This document shows, in pieces, positions 19,029-27,776 of a stretch of 64,000 nt of DNA. The position numbers were made by a program, and so were the translations under genes. The stretch comes from Bacteroidia bacterium (GTDB taxonomy: Bacteria > Bacteroidota > Bacteroidia > SpSt-205): NCBI GenBank assembly GCA_026003215.1, contig BPGV01000001.1, positions 2,202,466 to 2,266,465 on the forward strand. The letters are read 5' to 3'. Position 1 is the first letter of the stretch. Each line of letters starts with the position of its first letter. Under the pieces are notes generated by a model. That model did not search any database, had not been told where the DNA came from, and was given only the letters and a program-made list of their open reading frames with translations.

Positions 19029-22000
19029 ATGAAAGCTTTGCTATATGTCTGTCTATGGGGTACCCTTTTATGGGCACAGGAGGAGCGGGAGCGCCCCACA
19101 GATCCGACGGGTAAGCCAGAGAAACCAGCTGCTGCTCGTCCTACGGCTATCACCCTTCAAGGGAAGGTTGTTTCGGCAGAAGGTGAGCCTTTGCCTGGGG
19201 CCTATGTTAAGGTTGTAGGTACCGTACAGGGTTCTGTCGCTGGAATAGAGGGGACCTTCAAGCTGGTGTTGCTTTCGCCGAGTGACCCTATTGAGTTGGA
19301 GGCGTCTTTTGTAGGGTATGAGGCGGCTCGGCTCTCTATACCGCTATCGCGTGCGGGTCAGCCGATAACTTTTACGCTTCAAGAGACAGGGGTACGGGCG
19401 CAGGAGGTGGTTATCTCAGCCAGCCGCGTGAGTGAGACCGTAATGCAGTCGCCTGTCACGGTGCTCAAAATGAGCGCTCGGGAGATTCAGGAAGCCCCGG
19501 GTGTCAATCTTTTTCAAAATATCACTTTTGTCAAGGGCGTAGAGCAGGTCTCTTCCAGCCTAACCTTTCAAGTAGTCAATACCCGGGGATTTAATGCAAC
19601 TACGAATGTGCGTTTTGTACAGCGTTTGGATGGAATAGAGATGCAGGCTCCTGCGCTGAACTTTCCTATCGGGGCTATTTCTAATACAGGAGATTTAGAT
19701 ATAGAGAGTGTAGAACTTTTGCCGGGGCCTGCATCAGCGTTGTATGGGCCTAATGCTTTTAGCGGGATAATGAATGTCTATACAAAGGATCCTTTCCGTT
19801 TTCCGGGGCTTTCGGCTTCGGTACGGCTGGGGGTGAATCATTTAGATAGGATAGACACTACGCCGCAGCCCCTATATGATATTTCTGTGCGCTATGCCAA
19901 AGCTTGGAACAACCGTTTGGGTATCAAGGTTTTTGCTAACTGGTTTGATGCGCATGACTGGATAGCGCAAGACCCTACCGATAGAGGTGTATATGCGGGA
20001 GCTGTAGGTCGGTATGCTATACCCGGTCTCCAAAATCCCGGCTACGATGCTGTAAATGTGTATGGTGATGAAGCGCGAGTGGACCCTACTACCGTGAGGA
20101 ATATTGCCTTAGGACTGGGTCCGAGCTTAGGCGGCGGATTGCCTAATGATACCAATGACCTGGGTTTTTATTTAGCCCGCACAGGGTATTGGGAACGCGA
20201 GGTGATTCGCTACAATGCTCGGGTAGGCAAAGCCAATTTTAGCGCGTATTATCGCCTCACAGATAAATTACAGCTAAGCTATACAGGTTTCGTCTCCACG
20301 GGGGCGACAGTATATCAAGGCGTGAATCGGTACAGCTTGCGGGAGTTTATCTTTAACGTGAATAAGGTAGAGTTAGCGGGCCCCGATTTTAGGGTATGGG
20401 CGTATGCAGCCTTAGAAAACTCTGGCAATAGCTATGATAGCCGCTTTGCAGCGCTCAACCTGCTGAATAGTGTCAAGCCCCATACCAACTGGATGGTGCA
20501 ATATACCCTGGCTTATACGGGGCAGTTGTGGCGGATGATGCAGGGATTAGGCGAAAATCCGGCTGATTATGGTGTGCCGGCTGGGGGGGATCACGCGGCG
20601 GCGCGGGCATTTGCGGACTCGGATAAGGCTAAGGCTATTCAGCAGGTGCTTCGCCAATATGGGTATCCGGACCAGATAGTGACGCTTTTTGGCGGAGATG
20701 CTCGGCCGGTGCCGGGTAGCTCGGCCTTTAAGGAAGCCTTGGATAGGGTGATAGGTCAGCCTAACTTTGCTCAAGGAGGCGCTAAGTTTTTTGATAGGAG
20801 CTCTTTTTATCACGCAGAGGGTCAGTATGATTTATCCAGGCGGATTCGCTGGGTAAATCTCTTAGTAGGCGGTAACTTTCGGTATTATATGATGAACTCA
20901 CGCGGTACCATTTTTTCGGATACCAGTGGTCCGATAGGCGTGTGGGAATATGGCGCTTTCGCGCAAATGAAGAAAGCGCTATGGCAGGAACGGCTCCAGC
21001 TCTTAGGCTCCCTGCGCTACGATAAGAATGTCAACTTTCAAGGGCGCTTCACGCCGAGGGTAGGGTTTATTTTAGCGGTGGATAAAGAGAAGAATCATAA
21101 TCTGCGTGCTTCGTATCAGACAGGCTTTCGCATGCCTACGCTACAAGCGCAGTACTTAGACTTGGATGTAGGACCTTTCAAGCTGATAGGCGGTTTGCGT
21201 TCGTCAGATGAGTACTATGGGATTGTTGGGAATAACTACTCGGGGGAGTCGGTGCAGGCCTTTCGGGACTCCTTGGCGGCTCGGACGCGGGGCTCGTCTA
21301 ATCCGGCCGATTATGCGGACCTTTTGCGGGTATTACCTATTGAAAATGTCAAACCCGAACGCGTAGCCGCGATAGAAGTGGGTTCTCGCCACCTGATTGC
21401 CAATAGGATTTACATAGACTTAGATTATGCGTATTCGCGCTTTACGGACTTTTTAGGGAGCATAGATTTTGTGGGCCCGCGTCGGTATTTGCAACCAGAT
21501 GGCACTTGGTATATAGGACGCCTTACGCCGGATTCCGCTGCCGTGGGCGCATACGCGCCGTATCGCCGCTATTATAACACCTCTTCCGTCGTTTTTACGC
21601 ACCATTTTGCTACTACAATACAATATACTATTAGCAGAAGCTTTTTTGTAAGTGGTAACTTCACTTATGCAGAGATAATCCTTAGTGAGGAAGCTAAACT
21701 GGATAAACTTATAGCGCAGTTCAATACCCCTAAATATAAAGCTTCGGCGTACTTCTCTGGCAGGGAGCTTCTCAAGAATAAACGTCTGAGCTTTACGGTG
21801 GGTTACCGCTGGATGAATGCTTATCTTTTTGAAGAGTCTTTTCATTCGCGCGTTATACCGACGTATCAACTGGTAGATGCGCAGGTAAGTTATAAGTTTC
21901 CTAAGCTAAAGAGCCAGTTTCGTATAGGCGGGCAAAATATCTTAAATAATCGGCATGTAGAAGTGCCGGGCGGACCTACCTTGGGGGCGTTGTATTATGT

Positions 22001-22031
22001 GCAGTGGATTTATGATCCGTTCCTTCCGTGA
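19029..22031 (+). CDS. TonB-dependent outer-membrane receptor with an N-terminal carboxypeptidase-regulatory-like domain
   Basis: Signal peptide MKALLYVCLWGTLLWAQ, with ATG verified at 19029. It has a CarbopepD_reg-like segment, a plug domain (SPVTVLKMSAREIQEAPGVNLFQNI), a long beta-barrel and a C-terminal aromatic residue. The track ORF start at 18837 is an artefactual extension into the PP2C gene. Confidence 0.7.
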   Translation: MKALLYVCLWGTLLWAQEERERPTDPTGKPEKPAAARPTAITLQGKVVSAEGEPLPGAYVKVVGTVQGSVAGIEGTFKLVLLSPSDPIELEASFVGYEAARLSIPLSRAGQPITFTLQETGVRAQEVVISASRVSETVMQSPVTVLKMSAREIQEAPGVNLFQNITFVKGVEQVSSSLTFQVVNTRGFNATTNVRFVQRLDGIEMQAPALNFPIGAISNTGDLDIESVELLPGPASALYGPNAFSGIMNVYTKDPFRFPGLSASVRLGVNHLDRIDTTPQPLYDISVRYAKAWNNRLGIKVFANWFDAHDWIAQDPTDRGVYAGAVGRYAIPGLQNPGYDAVNVYGDEARVDPTTVRNIALGLGPSLGGGLPNDTNDLGFYLARTGYWEREVIRYNARVGKANFSAYYRLTDKLQLSYTGFVSTGATVYQGVNRYSLREFIFNVNKVELAGPDFRVWAYAALENSGNSYDSRFAALNLLNSVKPHTNWMVQYTLAYTGQLWRMMQGLGENPADYGVPAGGDHAAARAFADSDKAKAIQQVLRQYGYPDQIVTLFGGDARPVPGSSAFKEALDRVIGQPNFAQGGAKFFDRSSFYHAEGQYDLSRRIRWVNLLVGGNFRYYMMNSRGTIFSDTSGPIGVWEYGAFAQMKKALWQERLQLLGSLRYDKNVNFQGRFTPRVGFILAVDKEKNHNLRASYQTGFRMPTLQAQYLDLDVGPFKLIGGLRSSDEYYGIVGNNYSGESVQAFRDSLAARTRGSSNPADYADLLRVLPIENVKPERVAAIEVGSRHLIANRIYIDLDYAYSRFTDFLGSIDFVGPRRYLQPDGTWYIGRLTPDSAAVGAYAPYRRYYNTSSVVFTHHFATTIQYTISRSFFVSGNFTYAEIILSEEAKLDKLIAQFNTPKYKASAYFSGRELLKNKRLSFTVGYRWMNAYLFEESFHSRVIPTYQLVDAQVSYKFPKLKSQFRIGGQNILNNRHVEVPGGPTLGALYYVQWIYDPFLP

Positions 22032-22801
22032 GGGAGGGCGAAGAGGGCCCGGGCATTCTCGGTGGTGCGTTCTATGAGGGTAGAGAGGGGGAGTTGGCGG
22101 AGTTCGGCTAAGGTGCGGGCGGTGTAGAGCAGGTAGCTACTTTCATTGCGGCGGCCCCGGAAAGGGGTAGGGGTAAGGTAGGGGCTGTCCGTCTCCAGAA
22201 GGAGGCGGTCCAGCGGGAGTTTCTTGACAGCTTCTTGTAAAGCCGTGGCTTTTTTGTAGGTAAGTACGCCGCCGATTCCTAAGTAAAAGCCTTGGTCAAT
22301 AATCTTTTTTCCTTCTTCGTACGAGCCGGTGAAGCAGTGGAATACCCCTTTAAGTCTCCCAATAAAAGGCCTAAGGACCTCAAGGGATTCGTCTAACGCA
22401 TTGCGAAAGTGAATAGAAACGGGCAAGTTATACTGGATGGCCCATTCGGCCTGACGGAAAAGCGCTTCTTCTTGCCAGGCGCGGGTGGAGGTTTCATGGT
22501 AAAGGTCTAAGCCTATTTCCCCGATGGCTATCCACGGATACGTAGAGAGGTGTTGTTCTAAGAGGGTCAGCTCTTCTGGAAAGTTTTCTTTTACGTGGTT
22601 AGGATGTAGCCCTATCATGCCAAAGTAAAAATCGGGGGCCAGCTGTATGAGTTTTTTCAAGTCAGGCAGGGTATGGCTGTCTAAGTTAGGCAAAAGCACG
22701 GCCTCGCATATGCTGCGGGCACGATGGGTAACGGCCTCTTCTTCACCAGCAAAATCTTTCAGAAACAAGTGCGCGTGCGTGTCAATGAGACGGGCTTCCA
22801 T
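22010..22801 (-). CDS. tatD: TatD-family metal-dependent hydrolase/DNase
   Basis: IDTHAHL at the N-terminus and a conserved His/Glu/Asp ligand pattern. 263 aa. Confidence 0.85.
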   Translation of the reverse strand: MEARLIDTHAHLFLKDFAGEEEAVTHRARSICEAVLLPNLDSHTLPDLKKLIQLAPDFYFGMIGLHPNHVKENFPEELTLLEQHLSTYPWIAIGEIGLDLYHETSTRAWQEEALFRQAEWAIQYNLPVSIHFRNALDESLEVLRPFIGRLKGVFHCFTGSYEEGKKIIDQGFYLGIGGVLTYKKATALQEAVKKLPLDRLLLETDSPYLTPTPFRGRRNESSYLLYTARTLAELRQLPLSTLIERTTENARALFALPHGRNGS

Positions 22802-23370
22802 GTGATAGTGGGATATATTTTGTGGAGTTCGTAGCGCATTCTATCTATAATAGGGGCTAAAGAGTCTTCGGCTCCAGCTACTTTGAAGTAAGAGGCTATC
22901 ATCACAGCATAGCGCGTCGAGTCGGTAAAAAATAAAAGCGCATGGGTAGGTACATCGCCATAGAGCTCGTAGAAAAACCCTTTACCTGTTTGGCTACGGA
23001 CAGGTTTTTCGCTGATATCGGTGGCCCTAATGGCGTGTTTATAGATGAGCTTTCGGTAGATTTCTAAGGCTTTGGCTGGGGTAGTATGGAGCTGGGCCAG
23101 ATCATGGGCTGTAATATGCCAGTAAGCATCTAAATCAGGAAAGTATAAATCAAACCAGCACGAGTCTTTGGGCACATAATGCAAGCGAGCATAAGCCGGG
23201 TAAGCAAAGCGTATAGGACATATTTCACAGGCGAGCGTATCATACCGTCCGGTATCAGGTAGCAGGAGCCTGGGGTAGGTCTTGGGGCGAGGAAACGGCT
23301 GACTCTGGCAGCCGATAAGCCCGAATACGCTCAATCCGATGAGGGCTTCTATCCACCACTTCAAAGGCAT
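22759..23370 (-). CDS. gldD: Lipoprotein, candidate gliding-motility GldD
   Basis: The lipobox (GLIGC), a ~200-aa length, and a position immediately downstream of a gldE-like gene match the gldE-gldD arrangement described in Flavobacterium. Sequence similarity cannot be verified by eye. Confidence 0.4.
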   Translation of the reverse strand: MPLKWWIEALIGLSVFGLIGCQSQPFPRPKTYPRLLLPDTGRYDTLACEICPIRFAYPAYARLHYVPKDSCWFDLYFPDLDAYWHITAHDLAQLHTTPAKALEIYRKLIYKHAIRATDISEKPVRSQTGKGFFYELYGDVPTHALLFFTDSTRYAVMIASYFKVAGAEDSLAPIIDRMRYELHKIYPTITWKPVSLTRTRTCF

Positions 23371-24592
23371 AGTTGCGGTAATATATGGTTTCTCCTTTCT
23401 CCGGGATGTCTTCTGCGAGCGAGAGTAGAAACTCAGCCAGGTTTTCGGCGTTTCTGGCGGCTTCTTCTTGGAAAAAGTCTGATGGCAGCTGAAGTACTTC
23501 TTGAACGATTACCAAAGGAGTATGCGCTTGAAAATATACGCTACCCTCGGACTGGATCTCGTAAAGGAAAGAGGTAGGATGTTCCTCTTCTCTGTATCCA
23601 AACACTACCTCTAACAAGCGCTGGAGTGAAATAATCCCCGCCACAGAACCAAACTCATCCACCACAATAGCTACATGCTGGCGCTGGTTTTTGAGTTCTA
23701 TCAAAAGCTCGTAGGCATTTTTATTTTCCGGCACAAAATAGGCGGGCCTGATAAGCGCCTGCCAGTTTGAAACTTCTTCTTTTGGCCAGTGCGGCAAGAT
23801 ATCCTTTACCATTAATATGCCTCGTATATCGTCTAAACTTTCTTGATAGATAGGGATGCGTATGTATGGAAGCGAGCTTAGGGTAGCTTTGAGCTCTTGC
23901 CAAGAAAGTGATATCGGGATAGCCTTCATGTCCATGCGAGATATCATAAAAGACTTTATCGGCAAGCGGCGTAAGAGAAGGAGATTCTTAAGAACTTTCT
24001 TTTCAATAGGAGGGGATAGCTCTGTGGGAAGGAGTTCTACGAGGTCGGAGAGGCTTTCTGGGGAAGAGGTGGGCTTCCAGTAGCGTTCTATCTGGTGGCG
24101 GAGTGTAGTCAGTTTTTGCGTAAGAGGATATACCAGCCAAAAAATGAGCTGCACAAGCGGAGTTCCCCAGCGAAGAAATACCCTCGGCCGCGTGAGGGCC
24201 AGCGTTTTAGGGAGGATCTCTCCTAATAGTACAATAATTGCCAACGCCATGAGCGCAGATAGCCCCTCGCCATAAGGAAGCCCCCACGCTTGGGCCGTAT
24301 AAAAGAGGAGGAGGGTAAGGCCGAGATTGGCTAAAGTATTGCCTACAAGGAGCACACTCAGGAGCACCTCGGGCTGCTCTGCAAAGTATCTGACCCAATA
24401 GGCCCATGGGCGGTGCTTGTAGGAGCTGAGAAGCTTATGTATGTCTCCTCCACTTAGGCTAAAAAAGGCCGTCTCGTATCCCGAGAAAGTGGCTGAGAGT
24501 AAAAGGAAAGCGACTGTGCCTACAAGGGGTACTGGGTCCAACGCAGGACAAAGGTAAGAAGATTCCGAAAGAGTGGTCCCTGCAACCGCCAA
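23255..24592 (-). CDS. gldE: CNNM/HlyC-CorC family membrane protein (DUF21 + CBS pair + CorC_HlyC), candidate gliding-motility GldE
   Basis: Four N-terminal TM helices, tandem CBS-like regions, and a C-terminal transporter-associated domain. It is 445 aa and followed by a lipoprotein, as expected for GldE. Confidence 0.65.
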   Translation of the reverse strand: MAVAGTTLSESSYLCPALDPVPLVGTVAFLLLSATFSGYETAFFSLSGGDIHKLLSSYKHRPWAYWVRYFAEQPEVLLSVLLVGNTLANLGLTLLLFYTAQAWGLPYGEGLSALMALAIIVLLGEILPKTLALTRPRVFLRWGTPLVQLIFWLVYPLTQKLTTLRHQIERYWKPTSSPESLSDLVELLPTELSPPIEKKVLKNLLLLRRLPIKSFMISRMDMKAIPISLSWQELKATLSSLPYIRIPIYQESLDDIRGILMVKDILPHWPKEEVSNWQALIRPAYFVPENKNAYELLIELKNQRQHVAIVVDEFGSVAGIISLQRLLEVVFGYREEEHPTSFLYEIQSEGSVYFQAHTPLVIVQEVLQLPSDFFQEEAARNAENLAEFLLSLAEDIPEKGETIYYRNYAFEVVDRSPHRIERIRAYRLPESAVSSPQDLPQAPAT

Positions 24593-24617
24593 GGTGTCGT
24601 GTGCGTATAAATAATGT

Positions 24618-24818
24618 ATGAAAAAGATAGCGTTAGTCGTGGTTCCCCTGCTGGGGGTGGCGCTGGCGAAAGCCGAAGCGCAAGTAGAAGTAGAAAAGGT
24701 GCACGAACGGGTGACGGTGACTGTGGGTCCGGGGAAGAACTATCGGGCGAAGCTGGCGCAGTCGTATTTTGGGGGGCGAGGGAAGTGTCGGAACTGGAAA
24801 CGTTTTTGTGGTCGGTGA
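24618..24818 (+). CDS. Small secreted cationic Cys-containing peptide (hypothetical)
   Basis: 66 aa. It has a clear signal peptide (MKKIALVVVPLLGVALAKA) and a basic C-terminus (GGRGKCRNWKRFCGR). GC-rich hairpins follow it directly. Confidence 0.3.
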   Translation: MKKIALVVVPLLGVALAKAEAQVEVEKVHERVTVTVGPGKNYRAKLAQSYFGGRGKCRNWKRFCGR

Positions 24819-24825
24819 GTGGAGG

Positions 24826-24880
24826 CCTGCTTAGGCAGGCCTTTTTGTGGGGCGGTGCAGCCGCCTGTGGCGGCTGCACC
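24826..24880. terminator. Two consecutive GC-rich perfect hairpins (ggcctgc-ttag-gcaggcc; ggcggtgcagccgcc-tgt-ggcggctgcaccgcc)
   Basis: Inverted repeats read directly from the sequence, with a T-run (ctttttgtgg) between them. They belong to a hairpin family seen elsewhere in the window. Confidence 0.45.
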
Positions 24881-25355
24881 GCCCCCTGCTTTTTACTAAA
24901 CTTGTCCTGGGCAAACATGTCCCCCTTTTTCTGGCTCCAACTCTGGGGCACCCCTCTCGCCCTGGCTTCAGAGGTTGCCCCCCGCTATACCTACCTACCG
25001 CTACGGTAGGCGCTCATAGACTGCGACTCGCTTCTGCGGCACGCCGGGCTGAAGGATACCATAACCTCCTTATGGGAGCCGTGAGAGGGCTATCGTTTAG
25101 CGCAGACTGCTAACGGAGTTACTCTCTCTGCAGGCGACACCCTCGGGTGGATATATGGTTTGTATGCCCTTCTGCAAGAGAAGTGGGGTTTTGTCTTCAT
25201 GCATCCGCAGGTCACGGTGCGCACGGATCATTTGCCCTGCTGGCGGGTACTGGAAGCGGTCCCTCGTTTCTCTTGGCGAGGATTGCATTTGCGTACGCAG
25301 CACCCTATCGAGCTTACCGAACCTTTACTGATCCTTCTTTTCCCGAGGGAGAGCG

Positions 25356-26339
25356 GTGGGTACAAGCGTATATAAATTGGCTTATTCGGAACGGGCAAAA
25401 CTATTTTGCGTTTTGTCTCTTGCGGACAGTAGATATTCAGCGGTGGTTACCTTACTTTCGGCGTATCGTAGCGTATGCTCGGGCTCGAGGGGGTTGAAGT
25501 GGGGGCTTGCCCTTTCCCTGCGCATGCAGCAGCAGCGCGCTTTCCCACTCTTGCCCCGATATGCTTTAAGGGCGAAGAATCGGGTGCTAAAAGAGCGGCT
25601 AATGCTTCTTGCTTCTACGGGTATTTCTCGGCTGAATGTAAACCTAAATGCCGCAGAGTTTGTAGGCAGAGACTGGGGAGGGGGGATAGATAGTCTGACT
25701 CAGTACGCTCGGGCATTAGGGATTGTTGTAATGTCTCGGCAGCATGTAGTGCCTGCGCATACGGTAGGTCGCTTTCAGCCTGCAGAACTGCCCCCAGCGC
25801 TTATCTTATGTGTGCATTCGGTAATGTGTTATGGGCTGCGCGATACGCTCGCACCCGTGTATAGGTGCAAAGATTTTTCGCATCTTGTACAAGCGCTCCG
25901 AGTAGAAAGGCAGCGGCGGAAAGTATGGTGTTATCCAGAGACGGCGTATTGGGTGACTTTTGATAATAGGGTGCCGGTGTGGCTTCTTTCGTACTTGTGC
26001 AGCCGCTGGGAAGATATGCAAGAAGTGGAGAGCCTGGTGGAAGGGCATCTTACTTTCTCTTCAGGCTGGGATGTTAGGTATGGGCTTTTTGATTGGAGTG
26101 CGGCGCGCTGGAGCGGGCGCTACCACCACGATGGGCGGCCGGCTTACACAGGCCGGGAGGAAGGCTTGCTCAGGCTATGTGGCGGGGATACTGCGGTGTG
26201 GAGGCAGCTTGTCCGTTTCCAAGACAGTGTCCTGGTAGGTAAGGATGTTTTGAGCTATATAACGCCTACCACGCCCATAGATGAAATAAGTTGGAGGTGG
26301 CTGCCGGCTTTCCAACCCCGCTTGGCTATACCCCCTTAG
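25356..26339 (+). CDS. Hypothetical protein with W/R/C-rich composition and no recognisable motif
   Basis: A 327-codon stop-free frame in ~55% GC DNA is unlikely by chance. It has no signal peptide. Composition is atypical compared with neighbouring genes. Confidence 0.3.
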   Translation: MGTSVYKLAYSERAKLFCVLSLADSRYSAVVTLLSAYRSVCSGSRGLKWGLALSLRMQQQRAFPLLPRYALRAKNRVLKERLMLLASTGISRLNVNLNAAEFVGRDWGGGIDSLTQYARALGIVVMSRQHVVPAHTVGRFQPAELPPALILCVHSVMCYGLRDTLAPVYRCKDFSHLVQALRVERQRRKVWCYPETAYWVTFDNRVPVWLLSYLCSRWEDMQEVESLVEGHLTFSSGWDVRYGLFDWSAARWSGRYHHDGRPAYTGREEGLLRLCGGDTAVWRQLVRFQDSVLVGKDVLSYITPTTPIDEISWRWLPAFQPRLAIPP

Positions 26340-26457
26340 CACATATATCGCCGGCCTGCGGCTCATCGGACTATGTTCCTGCCTAAGTTAGAAGGGATAA
26401 AAAACGGCTTTAGAACGCTGGCCTTCATGGCCGACGTGCCAGCCTCAGGATAGGACT

Positions 26458-26847
26458 TTGGCTATTTTGTGGCAGGAGTGCCGAGCCGCTTGGGAACTAA
26501 CCCGTCTGCGAGTGGCATTTCGGTACCACTGGCTTGCTGGGCTGCTTAGTGAGCGGAATAGCCCGGAGGAAAAAAAGTACATAGACATGCTGGAACAGCT
26601 ACTCCAGAAAGCTGCTTACTGGGTAAAACAACTGCCGGCGCGCTATTCTGTTTGTGCGGCCGGGCGGCTCTGTCGGGCGGGGCGACGAGGGTGCAAGCCT
26701 CCGCATCCCAGTTACCGGTTCGGGTATTTGTATCCTGCAGTGAGCTTACACTTCTGGCGGCGGGAATCGGGCCAGCTCAAAGAAGGGCGTTGGGCGGTGT
26801 GGTACCAAAATACCTGGGATATACCTCGTATCAAGGGGCTTTGGTGA
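26458..26847 (+). CDS. Hypothetical protein (129 aa, W/R-rich)
   Basis: ORF only. It is convergent with and slightly overlaps the rdgB end. Support is low. Confidence 0.2.
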   Translation: MAILWQECRAAWELTRLRVAFRYHWLAGLLSERNSPEEKKYIDMLEQLLQKAAYWVKQLPARYSVCAAGRLCRAGRRGCKPPHPSYRFGYLYPAVSLHFWRRESGQLKEGRWAVWYQNTWDIPRIKGLW

Positions 26848-27397
26848 AACGTGTAACTGATTGGAGGAACTTTTGAAAAGCTTGGGCGCGATGAGAATAG
26901 CTATTTTTCCACGTCGGACCCAGCTCAGCTAAGGTGCGGGTTTCCCCCAGCGGAATAAAAACGGGGTCATAGCCAAAGCCGGCCTCACCCCGCAGTTCGT
27001 AGGCGATATGCCCTGCGCAATAACCCGTATAAAAGCGATACGCATTCGGTCCCCAGTAGGCTACTATCACCGCAGCAAAATAAGCTCGGCGTTCGTGTTG
27101 GCCTTGGAGGGTTTCGAGGAGGCGTACAGGTCCGCCGTATCGGGCTGCCTTTGCCCCCGGCGATCCCCTTAAGGCTACCACAAAAAGCCCACTGTCTTCG
27201 GCGATTACTGGCTCTTGGAGCTTACCGTAATAAAAAGAAGCTTTCGCCAGCGCGTTCTCGTATAAGGTGTTGTAGGGCTCTGGTGCTTCAGGCAAGTCTG
27301 CCGCCAAGCCCTCTAAAATAAGCTTGCCTTCACATATTTGGAGAGCTTCTTCGAGTTTATGGCTATTCTTTGTGGCGAATACCCACTTAGCCACCAC
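26831..27397 (-). CDS. rdgB: Non-canonical purine NTP pyrophosphatase (dITP/XTP pyrophosphatase, Ham1 family)
   Basis: VFATKNSHKLEE, then the EDSGL and FGYDPVF motifs typical of RdgB/Ham1. Confidence 0.8.
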   Translation of the reverse strand: MVAKWVFATKNSHKLEEALQICEGKLILEGLAADLPEAPEPYNTLYENALAKASFYYGKLQEPVIAEDSGLFVVALRGSPGAKAARYGGPVRLLETLQGQHERRAYFAAVIVAYWGPNAYRFYTGYCAGHIAYELRGEAGFGYDPVFIPLGETRTLAELGPTWKNSYSHRAQAFQKFLQSVTRFTKAP

Positions 27398-27698
27398 TTT
27401 TTTTGGCGATATGTCCCTCTTTTTGGAGGAAAGCCAGCACCTTATCTATACAGTTTCCTTGGAGCAGGATAGTATTTTCTTGGATGCTGCCGCCTGTGGC
27501 ACATAGTTGACGCAGGCGTTTAGCGAAGGCTTCCAGGTCTTCCTTTCGGCCCACAAAGCCCGTGATTTCGGTCACTTCTCGGGTGCCGGCGATGCGGCGG
27601 CGCTGCACCCGTAAGTTTTGGCGGGGGGGCGTTGGTAGCTCCTCAGGAGGCTTAGCTGGGGAGGAACGGGTGGAAAAGACGAGTTTCTCCTCTGCCAT
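27387..27698 (-). CDS. yciH: SUI1/YciH-family translation initiation factor
   Basis: 103 aa. The conserved RQNLRVQRRRIAGTREVTEITGF ... ILLQGNCIDKVLAFLQKEGH matches the SUI1 fold. Confidence 0.7.
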   Translation of the reverse strand: MAEEKLVFSTRSSPAKPPEELPTPPRQNLRVQRRRIAGTREVTEITGFVGRKEDLEAFAKRLRQLCATGGSIQENTILLQGNCIDKVLAFLQKEGHIAKKSGG

Positions 27699-27776
27699 AA
27701 GTCAAAGGTAGTACAAGCCTTGGGAAGGTACAGTTTTTACATACAGTTTATCTCGGGTGCAGAGCTTTGACCTGAC

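Noticed and set aside
22759-22801. The overlap between the tatD start and the gldD-like gene end as a sign of mis-annotation
   Set aside because: The 43-nt overlap disappears if tatD starts at a downstream Met. This is ordinary start-site ambiguity and not a feature.
24880-25355. Possible structured ncRNA (RNase P RNA, tmRNA, SRP RNA or a group II intron) in the ORF-poor stretch
   Set aside because: I looked for the hallmark strings on both strands: GGAAAGTCCGGGC and GGTGCGGTAAGAGCGCACC for RNase P, the GGGGCTGATTCTGGATTCGAC start and the tRNA-like CCA end for tmRNA, GTCCGGAAGGAAGCAGC for SRP RNA, and a GTGCG…domain V pattern for group II introns. None was found. It is kept only as an anomaly in the findings.
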